From an uncultured Alphaproteobacteria bacterium (GTDB lineage: Bacteria > Pseudomonadota > Alphaproteobacteria > ATCC43930 > CGMCC-115725): DNA of 64,000 bases. The DNA lies in NCBI GenBank assembly GCA_963755435.1, contig CAVWJX010000016.1, positions 1,048 to 65,047 on the forward strand. The letters run 5' to 3'. Every line of letters starts with the position of its first letter. Positions within the stretch are counted from its first letter, which is position 1. This document shows positions 17,285 to 27,391 of this stretch, piece by piece. Position numbers and translations under genes: made by a program. The notes below the pieces were generated by a model. The model ran no database searches. It was not told the DNA's origin and worked only from the letters and a program-made list of their open reading frames with translations.

Positions 17285-18523
17285 ATGAGCGAGCGAACCG
17301 CAGCGGCAATGGCGACTCCGGGCGGCGCCAAATTCGTAGATGCGCCGGCGATCGTCGAGGAACCCGTCGCGGCGATTGCGGCGCCGATCAAAACGCCAGC
17401 CTGGCGGACTCGCTGGGTCGGCGCTGCCGCCGCCGAGGCGGTACTCGTGCCGTTCGGCGCGCTGGTCGTGTCGCTGCTGCTGTTCGGCGCCTTTGTCGCC
17501 TGCGCCGGGGTCGATCCGCTCTCGGTTTACGGCTACATGGCTTGGGGCTCGATCGGATCGTGGTTCTCGATCCAAAACACGCTGACGCGCGCGGCACCGC
17601 TGCTCCTGACCGGGCTGTGCACGGCGCTACCGGCGCAGGTCGGGCTGATGATCATCGGCGGCGAGGGCGCCTTTGTGATCGGCGCATTGTTCGCGGCAAT
17701 GGCCGGGGTCGCCTTGCACGATGCCCCCGCGTCGATCGCGCTCGCGGCGATGGCGGCGGCCGGCATCGTCGCCGGCGGGCTGTGGATCGCATTGGCGGGC
17801 GCGTTGCGCCACTGGCGCGGCGTCAACGAAACGATCTCCAGCCTGCTGTTGAACTACATCGCCATCGCCATCCTCAACCAGCTCGTCGAGGGGCCGTTTC
17901 GCGACCCGAAGAGCCTCAACAAGCCATCCTCGCCGTCGATCGGCTACGACCACATGATCGGCACGATGCCGGGGACCGAAATCCATTGGGGCCTGGCGAT
18001 CGGCATCGCCGTCTGCGTCCTTGCCTATGTGCTGGTGCGCCACACGACGATCGGCTTTGCGGCGCGGGTCGCCGGCGGCAATTTACGGGCGGCGCGAATG
18101 GTCGGCCTGCCGATCGGCAGGCTGGTGATACTGACCTGCTTTCTCGGCGGTGCCGCGGCGGGCCTCGCCGGCATGATCGAGGTCGCCGCCGTGCAGGAGC
18201 GCGCCAGCGCGGATCTGGTGACCGGCTATGGCTACGCGGGCATTCTGGTCGCGTTTCTCGCCCGGCAAAATCCGCTGGCGCTGATTCCGGTCGCGGTATT
18301 GCTCGGCGGGATCGGGGCCAGCGGCGGGCTGCTGCAGCGCCATCTCGGCCTGCCGGATGCGGCGACGGTCGTGCTGCAGGGGATCATCTTCGTCGCGATC
18401 CTGGCGAGCGACGCGGTGTACGGCCGTCTCCCTTGGTTCAAGGGCGCGGAGGCCCAGGGCGCAGAGGCCAAAGGCGCAGAGGCCAAAGGCGCAGAGGCCA
18501 AAGGCGCAGAGGCCCGTGCATGA
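17285..18523 (+). CDS. ABC transporter permease (BMP-type) with repetitive (GAEAK)n C-terminal tail
   Basis: Polytopic hydrophobic ORF following the substrate-binding protein. The tail is GAEAQGAEAKGAEAKGAEAKGAEARA. Confidence 0.8.
   Translation: MSERTAAAMATPGGAKFVDAPAIVEEPVAAIAAPIKTPAWRTRWVGAAAAEAVLVPFGALVVSLLLFGAFVACAGVDPLSVYGYMAWGSIGSWFSIQNTLTRAAPLLLTGLCTALPAQVGLMIIGGEGAFVIGALFAAMAGVALHDAPASIALAAMAAAGIVAGGLWIALAGALRHWRGVNETISSLLLNYIAIAILNQLVEGPFRDPKSLNKPSSPSIGYDHMIGTMPGTEIHWGLAIGIAVCVLAYVLVRHTTIGFAARVAGGNLRAARMVGLPIGRLVILTCFLGGAAAGLAGMIEVAAVQERASADLVTGYGYAGILVAFLARQNPLALIPVAVLLGGIGASGGLLQRHLGLPDAATVVLQGIIFVAILASDAVYGRLPWFKGAEAQGAEAKGAEAKGAEAKGAEARA
18443..18517 (+). repeat. Coding tandem repeat, 15 bp x5 (GGCGCAGAGGCCAAA)
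   Basis: Five consecutive units, three of them identical, encode GAEA(Q/K/R) at the 3' end of the permease gene. Confidence 0.9.
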
Positions 18524-19446
18524 CCGGTGGCACGAGCGGCTGGTTGATCCTTCTCCTGGCGGTGCTGGGTGGTGCGGTGCGGGTCAGCACGCCGTTCCTG
18601 TTCGTCAGCCTCGGCGAATGCATCACCGAAAAGAGCGGCCGCATCAATCTCGGCCTCGAAGGCACGCTGGTGATGGGCGCGATGAGCGGCTATGCCGTGT
18701 CGTATTTGAGCGGTTCACCCTGGCTCGGAGTGCTCGCGGCGGGGGTCGTTGGCGTGGCGATGGGAATGCTGCACGGCACGATCTGCAGCTTGCCGCGGGT
18801 CAACGACATCGCCGTCGGCATTGCCTTGATGCTGTTTGGCGTCGGGCTCGCGGACTATCTCGGCAAGCCCTTCATCCAGCCGGCGGCACCGCAACTCCCG
18901 TCGCTCAATCTCGGCTGGTGGAGCGGCTCGCCCGACATACAAAACGCGCTCAAGATCAATGAATTGTTCCTGGTCGGGGTGGCCCTGGTCCCGCTCCTCC
19001 TTTGGGCATTCCGCGCAACGCGGTGGGGTCTCGTGCTGCGCATCGTCGGGGAGAGCGCCGACGCCGCCCGCGCCCTCGGCTACCGGGTGGTGCCGGTGCG
19101 CATCGTCGCGACCTGCTGCGGCGGCTTTCTCGCCGGCATCGGCGGGTCGTTTCTGTCGCTCTACTACCCGGGCGCGTGGAGCGAGCGGATCTCCTCCGGG
19201 CAGGGCATCACCGCCGTTGCCTTGGTGATCTTCGCGCGCTGGAACCCGAAGTTGTGCTTTTACGCCGCATTATTGTTCGGCGGCGCCGGCGCGCTTGGGC
19301 CGTCTCTGCAATCGGCCGGCGTGCATGGCGGATACTATTTGCTGAACGCGGCACCCTACATCCTGACCTTGCTGATCATGATCGTCACCTGCTCGCCGAA
19401 ACGAACCCTGGTGGGCGCGCCGGCCGAATTGTCGATCACCAAATAG
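18520..19446 (+). CDS. ABC transporter permease (BMP-type, second subunit)
   Basis: ATG overlaps the upstream stop (ATGA at 18520-18523). The 308-aa product is hydrophobic. Confidence 0.8.
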   Translation: MTGGTSGWLILLLAVLGGAVRVSTPFLFVSLGECITEKSGRINLGLEGTLVMGAMSGYAVSYLSGSPWLGVLAAGVVGVAMGMLHGTICSLPRVNDIAVGIALMLFGVGLADYLGKPFIQPAAPQLPSLNLGWWSGSPDIQNALKINELFLVGVALVPLLLWAFRATRWGLVLRIVGESADAARALGYRVVPVRIVATCCGGFLAGIGGSFLSLYYPGAWSERISSGQGITAVALVIFARWNPKLCFYAALLFGGAGALGPSLQSAGVHGGYYLLNAAPYILTLLIMIVTCSPKRTLVGAPAELSITK

Positions 19447-19455
19447 GAGGGCGGC

Positions 19456-20460
19456 GTGAGCGGCCTTGGCGGCCTCAACAAGAGCGAGAACGGCGTCGTC
19501 GTCGGGCTGGTGCAATTGCAACCACCGGTGGTCGAGACGCCGGCCCAATTGGCGGCGCAGACCGAGCGCATCTGCGCGATGGTGGCGAAGGCGCGCCGCG
19601 GCATGCCGACGATGGATCTCGTCGTCTTTCCCGAATATTCGCTGCACGGGCTGTCGATGAGCACCGATCCGGCGCTGATGTGCCGGCTTGGCGGACCCGA
19701 GGTGGCCGCCTTCGGGTGTGCCTGCCGCGAACAGCGCATCTGGGGCTGCTTCTCAATTATGGAAGCGAACCCGGCCGGCAACCCGTTCAACAGCGGCCTC
19801 GTTATCGACGACCACGGCGAATTGGCGCTCTATTACCGCAAACTGCATCCGTGGGTGCCGGTCGAGCCTTGGGAGCCGGGCGATCTCGGCATCCCGGTCT
19901 GCGACGGCCCGAAGGGCGCCAAGATTGCGCTGGTCATCTGCCACGACGGCATGTTCCCCGAGATGGCGCGCGAGGCGGCTTACAAGGGCGCCGAGATCAT
20001 GCTGCGCACCGCCGGCTATACGGCACCGATCCGCCATGCCTGGAAGATCAGCAATCAGGCGAACGCCTTCAGCAATCTGATGGCGACCGCCAGTGTCTGC
20101 CTGTGCGGCAGCGACGGCACCTTCAACTCGATGGGCGAAGGGATGTTCTGCAATTTCGACGGCACCATGATCGCCGAGGGCGGCGGGGTGCCGGACGAGA
20201 TCGTCACTGCCGAATTGCGCCCCGACCTGGTGCGCGAAGCGCGCCGCGACTGGGGCGTCGAGAACAACGTCTACCAGTTCGGCCACCGCGGCTTTGTCGC
20301 GGTCGCGGGCGGCGCGCGCGATTGCCCCTATACCTACATGCAGGATCTGGTGGCCGGCCGCTATCGCGTCCCCTGGGAAAACCAAGTGCGCATAACCGAC
20401 GGCACCACATGCGGCTTCGCCCCGCCGACCCGCCTCTATCGGGGCGTCGGCAATGGCTGA
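19456..20460 (+). CDS. amiF: Formamidase / aliphatic amidase (nitrilase superfamily)
   Basis: A 334-aa protein collinear with AmiF/AmiE: [10 protein letters not shown] (Glu), [14 protein letters not shown] (Lys), [12 protein letters not shown] (Cys) and [19 protein letters not shown] precedes the GTG start. Confidence 0.8.
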   Translation: MSGLGGLNKSENGVVVGLVQLQPPVVETPAQLAAQTERICAMVAKARRGMPTMDLVVFPEYSLHGLSMSTDPALMCRLGGPEVAAFGCACREQRIWGCFSIMEANPAGNPFNSGLVIDDHGELALYYRKLHPWVPVEPWEPGDLGIPVCDGPKGAKIALVICHDGMFPEMAREAAYKGAEIMLRTAGYTAPIRHAWKISNQANAFSNLMATASVCLCGSDGTFNSMGEGMFCNFDGTMIAEGGGVPDEIVTAELRPDLVREARRDWGVENNVYQFGHRGFVAVAGGARDCPYTYMQDLVAGRYRVPWENQVRITDGTTCGFAPPTRLYRGVGNG

Positions 20461-21136
20461 GCGCTACGTTCCAGCCGACCCCTATCCGTGGCCCTATAAC
20501 GGCAAGCTCACGCCGCAAAACACAGCGCTGATCGTCATCGACATGCAGACCGATTTCTGCGGCGTCGGCGGCTATGTCGACAAGATGGGCTACGATCTGT
20601 CGTTGACGCGGGCGCCGATCGAGCCGATCCGGCGGGTATTGGCGGCAATGCGTGGCGCGGGCTTTCAAATCTTCCACACGCGCGAGGGCCACCGCCCCGA
20701 CCTCGCCGACTTGCCCCTCAACAAGCGCTGGCGCTCGCGGCATATCGGCGCCGGCATTGGCGATCCCGGGCCCTGCGGCCGCATCCTGGTGCGTGGCGAG
20801 CCCGGCTGGGAGATCATTCCGGAATTGGCGCCGAGCGCCGGCGAGCCGGTCATCGACAAGCCCGGCAAGGGCGCATTCTACGCCACCGATCTCGAATTAC
20901 TGCTGCGGGTGCGCGGTGTCGACAATCTGGTGCTGACCGGCATCACCACCGATGTCTGCGTCCACACGACAATGCGCGAGGCGAACGACCGCGGCTTCGA
21001 GTGCCTGTTGCTGGAGGATTGCTGCGGTGCGACCGACCGCGGCAATCACCGTCACGCGATCAGCATGATCAAGATGCAGGGCGGGGTATTCGGCGCGGTG
21101 TCTGCTGCCGAGGCGTTGATCGAAGCGATCGCCTGA
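20453..21136 (+). CDS. Cysteine hydrolase (isochorismatase-like; RutB/BiuH-type amidohydrolase)
   Basis: Reads [12 protein letters not shown] (Asp), [10 protein letters not shown] (Lys) and [17 protein letters not shown] (Cys). The start overlaps the amidase stop by 8 nt. Confidence 0.8.
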   Translation: MAERYVPADPYPWPYNGKLTPQNTALIVIDMQTDFCGVGGYVDKMGYDLSLTRAPIEPIRRVLAAMRGAGFQIFHTREGHRPDLADLPLNKRWRSRHIGAGIGDPGPCGRILVRGEPGWEIIPELAPSAGEPVIDKPGKGAFYATDLELLLRVRGVDNLVLTGITTDVCVHTTMREANDRGFECLLLEDCCGATDRGNHRHAISMIKMQGGVFGAVSAAEALIEAIA

Positions 21137-22662
21137 TGGCCGGTGGGGCGCGCAAGGCCGGGGTCTTCGGCATCGAAATCGTTTCGATGACCAAGCGCTT
21201 CGGCGCCTTCGTCGCGTTGCAGGACGTGTCGCTAAAGGTCGCCTCGCAGAGCTTCCACGCGCTGCTCGGCGAAAACGGCGCCGGCAAGAGCACGCTCGTC
21301 AAATGCGTGATGGGCTATTACCGGCCTGATGAAGGGCAGCTGATCGTCGGCGATCGCGAGCAGACGATCGCCAGTCCGCGCGCCGCCCACGCGCTGGGGC
21401 TCGGCATGGTGTACCAGCATTTCACCTTGGTGCCGGCGATGACCGTCGCCGAAAATCTGGTCATGTCGCGCGCCGAGCTGCCGCTGGTCATCGATTGGCA
21501 CGCCGAAAAGAAAGCGCTGGCGGCGTTCCTCGCGTCGATGCCGTTTCAGGTGCGGCTCGACGCCACGGTGTCGTCGTTGTCGGCCGGCGAGCGGCAGAAA
21601 TGCGAGATCCTGAAGCAGCTCTATCTCGGCCGCCGGTTTCTGATCCTGGACGAACCGACCTCGGTGCTGACCCCGCAGGAGGCCGACGAGGTGCTGGGGC
21701 TGCTGCGGGCGATGGTCGGGCGCGGCGAGCTGAGCGTCCTAATGATCACCCATAAATTCCGCGAGGTGATGGCCTTTGCCGACCACGTGACAATTCTGCG
21801 GCATGGGCGCGTCGCCGGCGGCGAGCCGATCGCCGATCTCACCCCGGACCAGATGGCGCGCATGATGATCGGCGCCGAGCAACTGACGGCGCAGCCGCCG
21901 CGTATTGGCCGGCTGGGTACGCCGCGGCTCGAAATTCGCGGTCTGCGGGTCGGCGACGATGCCGGGCAGCCGGCGGTGCGGGATGTCTCGCTGTCGGTGC
22001 ATGGCGGCGAGATCGTCGGCGTCGCTGGCGTCTCCGGGAACGGCCAGCACGAGTTGGTCGAGGCGCTTGCCGGCCAGCGGCAGGCCGATGGCGGAGAGAT
22101 TCGCGTCGGCGGCGATGTCTTTGGCGCCACCCGGGCCGAGATGCGCCGCCACAAGTTTTCGTGCCTGCCGGACGAGCCGCTGAAGAACGCCTGTGTCGGC
22201 AGGATGAGCGTTGCCGAAAACCTGGCGTTCCGCGGGTTTGACCGGGCGCCCTTGGCGTTCGGCGGCGCCTGGCTGCGGCCGTCGATGATCCGCGCCGAGG
22301 CCGAGCAGCGGATCGCGCGCTACCATATTCAAACCCGTTCGCCGGAAACGCCGCTTTCGGCGTTGTCGGGCGGCAATGTGCAGCGCGCCGTGCTGGCGCG
22401 AGAGCTCGACGGCGGTGCCGAGGTGATTATCGCGGCGAACCCGTGCTTCGGGCTCGATTTTTCGGCGGTGGCGCAGATCCACGCCGAGATCCTGGCCGCG
22501 CGCAATCGCGGCGCCGCGGTGCTGCTGGTCAGCAGCGACCTCGACGAGATTCTCGAAATTGCCGACCGCCTGGTCGTCATGTTCAACGGCCGGCTGGTGC
22601 ACGAGGCCCCTGTCGCCGAGGCCGATCTGACCGAGATCGGTCGCCAGATGGCTGGTCATTAG
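21136..22662 (+). CDS. ABC transporter ATP-binding protein, duplicated ATPase (BMP/sugar type)
   Basis: Two nucleotide-binding domains (GENGAGKST, LSAGERQ, ILDEPT; second half GVSGNGQ, LSGGNVQ). The start overlaps the upstream stop. Confidence 0.85.
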   Translation: MAGGARKAGVFGIEIVSMTKRFGAFVALQDVSLKVASQSFHALLGENGAGKSTLVKCVMGYYRPDEGQLIVGDREQTIASPRAAHALGLGMVYQHFTLVPAMTVAENLVMSRAELPLVIDWHAEKKALAAFLASMPFQVRLDATVSSLSAGERQKCEILKQLYLGRRFLILDEPTSVLTPQEADEVLGLLRAMVGRGELSVLMITHKFREVMAFADHVTILRHGRVAGGEPIADLTPDQMARMMIGAEQLTAQPPRIGRLGTPRLEIRGLRVGDDAGQPAVRDVSLSVHGGEIVGVAGVSGNGQHELVEALAGQRQADGGEIRVGGDVFGATRAEMRRHKFSCLPDEPLKNACVGRMSVAENLAFRGFDRAPLAFGGAWLRPSMIRAEAEQRIARYHIQTRSPETPLSALSGGNVQRAVLARELDGGAEVIIAANPCFGLDFSAVAQIHAEILAARNRGAAVLLVSSDLDEILEIADRLVVMFNGRLVHEAPVAEADLTEIGRQMAGH

Positions 22663-22922
22663 GCCGGCCGATCCGGGCGCCATCCCACCTCCGCGCCGAG
22701 GGACATCGGCGCCCCGTTACAAGCGCCCCCGCCATCGTATTTGCCGAATGGGCGGGCATGCGCCCGGACATTGCGCGTCACACAGCGCAGGAAGCGCAGA
22801 CTGCTTCGCGCCCTCAAAGGCCAGCAGCACCTGTTTTACGGTTACAATATCCCCTCATGTCGCGTCCCGACAATCGGTACGGCGCTTGCAACGCGGACCT
22901 GGTGACGAAGGGAGGGTTGACC

Positions 22923-24233
22923 GTGTCGAACCGCGAGGCAAGCCGCAGCACCGGGACGACCACACGCCGGCAGCTGCTGAGGAGTGCCGCGGCGGTTGCG
23001 GGAGCAGCGATCGGATCGGGTGCGGTGCGCGGGTTTCCGACGATCTGGGCGCAGAACATCAAAGACGTCACGCTAATAAATATCGGTGGCTCCTTCGAAT
23101 GCATCAAACAAATCGCCGACCAAGCCGGAAAAGATCTTGGCTTCACATTGGTGATGCAAGCCGTCGATCCAGCAACGCAGCTGCAGCGGACATTGACCCA
23201 ACCAAAGAGCTTCGATGTCAACTACTCCGACAATTCCACAATCAGCTATTTGCAGGGCAAGGGCTTGGTGAAGCCGATCAACGACAAGGACTACAAGTTA
23301 TGGGACAAGACCCTGTCGATGTTTACGGACGGCAAGTTGCCCAACGGCAAGATGGTCTCGGATCAAGGGGATTCGCCGTTGATCAGCGGTTTCTGGGACG
23401 GGCCCGACGCCAAGAAATTTGCCCGCAAGCCGACCGAATGGCTGACCATGGTGCCAAGCCTGTTCAACGCTGACACGCTGGGCGTCCGGCCGGATTTGGT
23501 CGGCGGGAAAGGTGCAGTGACGAGCTGGAAGGACCTGCTCGACCCGAAATACAAAGGCAAGACGGCGCTCGTGGACCAGGCCCAAATTGGCATCATTGAC
23601 GTCGCGATGGCGCTGGAGGCGCGCGGTGACATCAAATACGGCAACAAGGGCAATATGACCCGCGCCGAAATCGACAAGACCATCGACATCATGAAGAAGA
23701 TCAAGAGTGCGGGCCAGTTCCGCGCCTTCTGGACCAACTTTGACGAATCGGTAAACCTGATGGCCTCGGGCGAGGTGGTCGTCCAGTCGATGTGGTCGCC
23801 TTCCGTCACCGCCGTCCGCGCGCGCGGCATCCCCTGCTACTACGCACCGCTGAAGGAAGGATATCGGGGCTGGTTTACCGGACTGACGCCAATGGCGCAT
23901 CTGAGCGGTTTGAAGCTCGACTGCGCGATGGAATTCATCAATTGGATCAATGCCGGCTGGCAGGGCGGCTTCATTGCCAAGCAAGGCTACTATTCGCCGG
24001 TGCCGGAAACCGCGAAGAAGTTTTTGACGACGGCGGAATGGGACTATTGGTACGAGGGCAAGCCGGCCGCGACCGACATCAAGGATCCGTTCGGCGCTCT
24101 GATCGACAAGAAGGGAGCGGTGCGCGACGGCGGCTCGCTCTGGGAGCGCGAAGGTCACATTGCCTGCTGGAACACGGTGATGGACGAGGACCGCTATCTG
24201 ACGCGCCGATGGCTCGAGTTCGTCGCCTCCTGA
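22923..24233 (+). CDS. PotD/PotF-like ABC transporter substrate-binding protein (paralog 1)
   Basis: GGGAGG followed by GTG. Tat-like signal TTRRQLLRSAAAVAGAAIG. Collinear with the next gene. The start was chosen by analogy with the paralog; the longer track ORF starts at 22443. Confidence 0.75.
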   Translation: MSNREASRSTGTTTRRQLLRSAAAVAGAAIGSGAVRGFPTIWAQNIKDVTLINIGGSFECIKQIADQAGKDLGFTLVMQAVDPATQLQRTLTQPKSFDVNYSDNSTISYLQGKGLVKPINDKDYKLWDKTLSMFTDGKLPNGKMVSDQGDSPLISGFWDGPDAKKFARKPTEWLTMVPSLFNADTLGVRPDLVGGKGAVTSWKDLLDPKYKGKTALVDQAQIGIIDVAMALEARGDIKYGNKGNMTRAEIDKTIDIMKKIKSAGQFRAFWTNFDESVNLMASGEVVVQSMWSPSVTAVRARGIPCYYAPLKEGYRGWFTGLTPMAHLSGLKLDCAMEFINWINAGWQGGFIAKQGYYSPVPETAKKFLTTAEWDYWYEGKPAATDIKDPFGALIDKKGAVRDGGSLWEREGHIACWNTVMDEDRYLTRRWLEFVAS

Positions 24234-24329
24234 TCGGCCCGGGATCGCTGGCTTATTTTTATTCTCGACTGCGGTCTCGAGGGTGCCTGCATTGGTGACC
24301 GCACGACTCGGTATTGGGAAAGTCTGGGG

Positions 24330-25639
24330 ATGACGAACAGGGACAGCGGCGATAGGAACCGGAAACCGTCACGGCGGCAGCTGCTGAGGGGTGCCGCTGC
24401 TGTTGCCGGAGCAGCGATCGGCGCCGATGCGGTGCGCGGGTTTCCGACGATCTGGGCGCAGAACACCAAGAATATCACCCTGATCATGATGGGCCCGCCG
24501 CAATCCGCGATCAAGCAAATCGCCGACCGGGCGACCAAGGATCTCGGCTTCACGGTCGTGATGCAGGTTGTCGATCAGGCAACCTTGACCCAGCGCTCGC
24601 TGACGCAACCAAAGAGCTTCGATATCGTGAGCAACGACAACTCCACGATCAAGTACGTAGAACACGCGGGTGTATTTAAGCCGATCGCGGTCAAGGACTA
24701 CAAGCTGGGGGACAAGACCTTGCCGATGTTCACCACCGGCAAGCTGCCGAACGGCGAGATGGTCTCGAGCCAGGGGCTGTCGCCGATGAGAACCGGGTTC
24801 TGGTCGGGGCCGGACGGCAAGAAGTTCGCCAGTCACCCGACCGACTGGCTGACGATGGTGCCAATATTGTTCAACGCCGACACGCTGGGTACCCGGCCGG
24901 ATCTGGTGGGCGGCACGAACGCGGTGACCAGCTGGGCGCAGCTGCTCGACCCGAAATACAAAGGCAAGTCGGCGCTCTGCGATCTCCCCACCGTCGGCAT
25001 CATGGATGTCGCAATGGCACTCGAGGCCAGCGGCACCATCAAATACGGCGACAAAGGCAACATGACCCGTGCCGAGATCGACAAGACCATCGACGCGATC
25101 GAGAAGATCAAGCGTTCTGGTCAGTTCCGCGCTTTCTGGACCAATTTCAACGAGTCGGTCAACCTGATGGCCGCGGGCGAGGTGGTGGTCCAGTCGATGT
25201 GGTCCCCAGCCGTCACCGCAGTCAAGGCGCACGGCATTCCTTGCTATTACGCCCCACTGAAGGAGGGGTATCGCGGCTGGAACATGGGACTGACGCCGAT
25301 GGCGCATCTGAGCGGGCTAAAGCTCGACTGCGCGATCGAATACCTGAACTGGTACAATTCCGGCTGGCAGGGCGCGTTCATCGCCAAGACCGGCTATTAC
25401 TCGCCGGTGCCCGAGACGGCGAAGAAGTTTCTGACAAAAGCCGAATGGGACTACTGGTACGACGGCAAGCCGGCCGCGGTCGATATGACGGACCCCTATG
25501 GGAACTCCAGGATAAGAAGGGCTCGGTGCGCGACGGCGGTTCGATGGACAATCGCGTCGATCACATCTCGGTCTGGAACACGGTAATGGACGAGGACCGC
25601 TACATGACGCGGCGCTGGCTCGAATTCGTCGCCTCCTGA
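24330..25639 (+). pseudogene. PotD/PotF-like substrate-binding protein (paralog 2) with apparent 1-nt frameshift
   Basis: Collinear with paralog 1 until ..DPYG. The conserved tail (ELQDKKGSVRDGGS..WNTVMDEDRYMTRRWLEFVAS) continues in another frame. The shift maps to the G-run at 25500-25502. Confidence 0.7.
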
Positions 25640-25712
25640 TCTCCCACCCAGCCGCGCCACAGGGTATAGTTCCGAATGAAGCTCTCGCCCTCGCTCACCT
25701 CCTGGCTGCAAG

Positions 25713-26525
25713 TTGGCCCGCTGGCGCTTGTTCTTCGGCGTGCCGATGATTGTCGTGTTCATTGTCAGCTTCTTCGATTTCCAGCAAACGTCGATCATCC
25801 CGACCTTCATTCTCGACAATTATCAGGAGATCTTCGAGTCCGACCTCACCCTACGGCTCTATCTGAGCACGCTGCGGTTTGCGGTGATCGTCTGGGCGGT
25901 GACCTTGGTGATCGGCTTTACACTGGCGAATTTCCTGGTATTTCACGTCCGCAGCCTGATCGTAAAGCTCGGCCTGTTCGCCCTCGTCTCGGTGCCATTC
26001 TGGACTTCCAACATCATCCGCATGATCGCATGGATTCCTTTTCTTGGCCGCGACGGGTTGGTCAACTCGGCGTTGTTGGATGCGCATGTCTTATCTCACC
26101 CGCTTACGTTTCTGCTGTTCTCACGGTTTGCGGTGGTGGTCTCCTACGTCAATCTGTTCACCCTGTTTATGGTGGTGCCGATCTTTAATTCGATGGTGCG
26201 CATCGACCCCGCCCTGATCGAGGCGGCCAGGGATGCCGGCGCTTCGCGCTGGGGGATTTTGCGCGAGATCGTGCTGCCGCTGTCGAAAAGCGGCATCGCG
26301 CTCGGCACCATCTTCGTCGTCACCCAGGTGATGGGTGACTTCTTTGTCGTGCAGGTGATGAGCGGCGGGCAGAGCGCCTCGGTGGTCTCGGCATTGCAGC
26401 AGGAGATCGCCGCCATGCAATACCCGCCGGGCGCGGCGAGTGCGGTGGTTCTCGTCCTCGTCGTCCTGCTGATGGTCGCCGCCGTCTTGCGCGTCGTCGA
26501 TGTGCGCAAGGAACTTGCAGCCTGA
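25713..26525 (+). CDS. ABC transporter permease (PotB-like)
   Basis: Hydrophobic ORF with an EAA-type loop (IEAARDAGASRWGILREIVLP). The TTG start is uncertain. An ATG at 25676 lies in another frame, so an N-terminal frameshift is possible. Confidence 0.7.
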   Translation: MARWRLFFGVPMIVVFIVSFFDFQQTSIIPTFILDNYQEIFESDLTLRLYLSTLRFAVIVWAVTLVIGFTLANFLVFHVRSLIVKLGLFALVSVPFWTSNIIRMIAWIPFLGRDGLVNSALLDAHVLSHPLTFLLFSRFAVVVSYVNLFTLFMVVPIFNSMVRIDPALIEAARDAGASRWGILREIVLPLSKSGIALGTIFVVTQVMGDFFVVQVMSGGQSASVVSALQQEIAAMQYPPGAASAVVLVLVVLLMVAAVLRVVDVRKELAA

Positions 26526-26535
26526 GGAAATCCGA

Positions 26536-27378
26536 ATGCGTGGTTCTGTTGCCCGCAACCGCCCCTGGACTTTCTATGCGCTCGCCCTGTTCTTCGGGCT
26601 CTACGTGGCGTTCATCTACGGACCCATGGCGGTGATCTACGTCCTCTCGTTCCAGGGACCCGCGGGCGGGATGACGTTCCCGCTCAGGGGCCTCTCCACG
26701 CACTGGTTCTACACTCTGTTGAGCGGCGGCAACCGCGCTGTCGACATCCCTGGCGCTTTCCACCGTTCGATCATCCTCGCCGCGACCGTCGGGGTGCTCA
26801 CGGTGATGCTGTGCGTCGCGGCGGGGCTGGGCTTTCGCCGGCGCTTTCCGGGAGCGGCGTTCGTGTTCTACATGGCGATCGCGAGCTTGGTGTTGCCGGG
26901 CCTGTTTGTTGGCCTCGGCGTTTCGCTGGTGTTTCAGCTGCTCGGCTGGACCACCGACTGGCGGGTGTCCGGCCTCTTCACTCAGCTTACCTGGACATTG
27001 CCGTTCGGCCTATTGGTAATGATCTCGGTGATCGGGCGGTTCAACCGCTCCTGGGAAGAAGCCGCGACCGACCTCGGCGCCACCGCTTGGCAACGCACGC
27101 GCGAGGTGACCTTGCCGATCCTATTGCCCGGCATCATCGGCGTGGCGCTGTTCGGCTTCACCCTCTCCTACGACGAGTTTCCACGCACCGTGCTGACCGC
27201 GGGCAGCGTGAACACGCTGCCGTTGGAGATCTGGGCGATGACGACGAACGTGACCTCGCCAGCACTCTACGCGGTGGGCACGGTGACCACGGCGGTGTCG
27301 TTCGTCGTCATCGTTGTCGCACTCGGCTCCATCGCCCTGATCCAACGGCGCCGGTTGCGCCGCGCTGCTGCAGAGTAA
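26536..27378 (+). CDS. ABC transporter permease (PotC-like)
   Basis: GAGGA ribosome-binding site. The EAA loop reads EEAATDLGATAWQRTREVTLP. Confidence 0.8.
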   Translation: MRGSVARNRPWTFYALALFFGLYVAFIYGPMAVIYVLSFQGPAGGMTFPLRGLSTHWFYTLLSGGNRAVDIPGAFHRSIILAATVGVLTVMLCVAAGLGFRRRFPGAAFVFYMAIASLVLPGLFVGLGVSLVFQLLGWTTDWRVSGLFTQLTWTLPFGLLVMISVIGRFNRSWEEAATDLGATAWQRTREVTLPILLPGIIGVALFGFTLSYDEFPRTVLTAGSVNTLPLEIWAMTTNVTSPALYAVGTVTTAVSFVVIVVALGSIALIQRRRLRRAAAE

Positions 27379-27391
27379 ACCGCAACGGAGA

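Noticed and set aside
25676-25712. ATG at 25676 as the start of the PotB-like permease
   Set aside because: It is in a different frame from the conserved permease body. Using it would require yet another unverified frameshift near 25720-25735, so the in-frame TTG was kept with reduced confidence.
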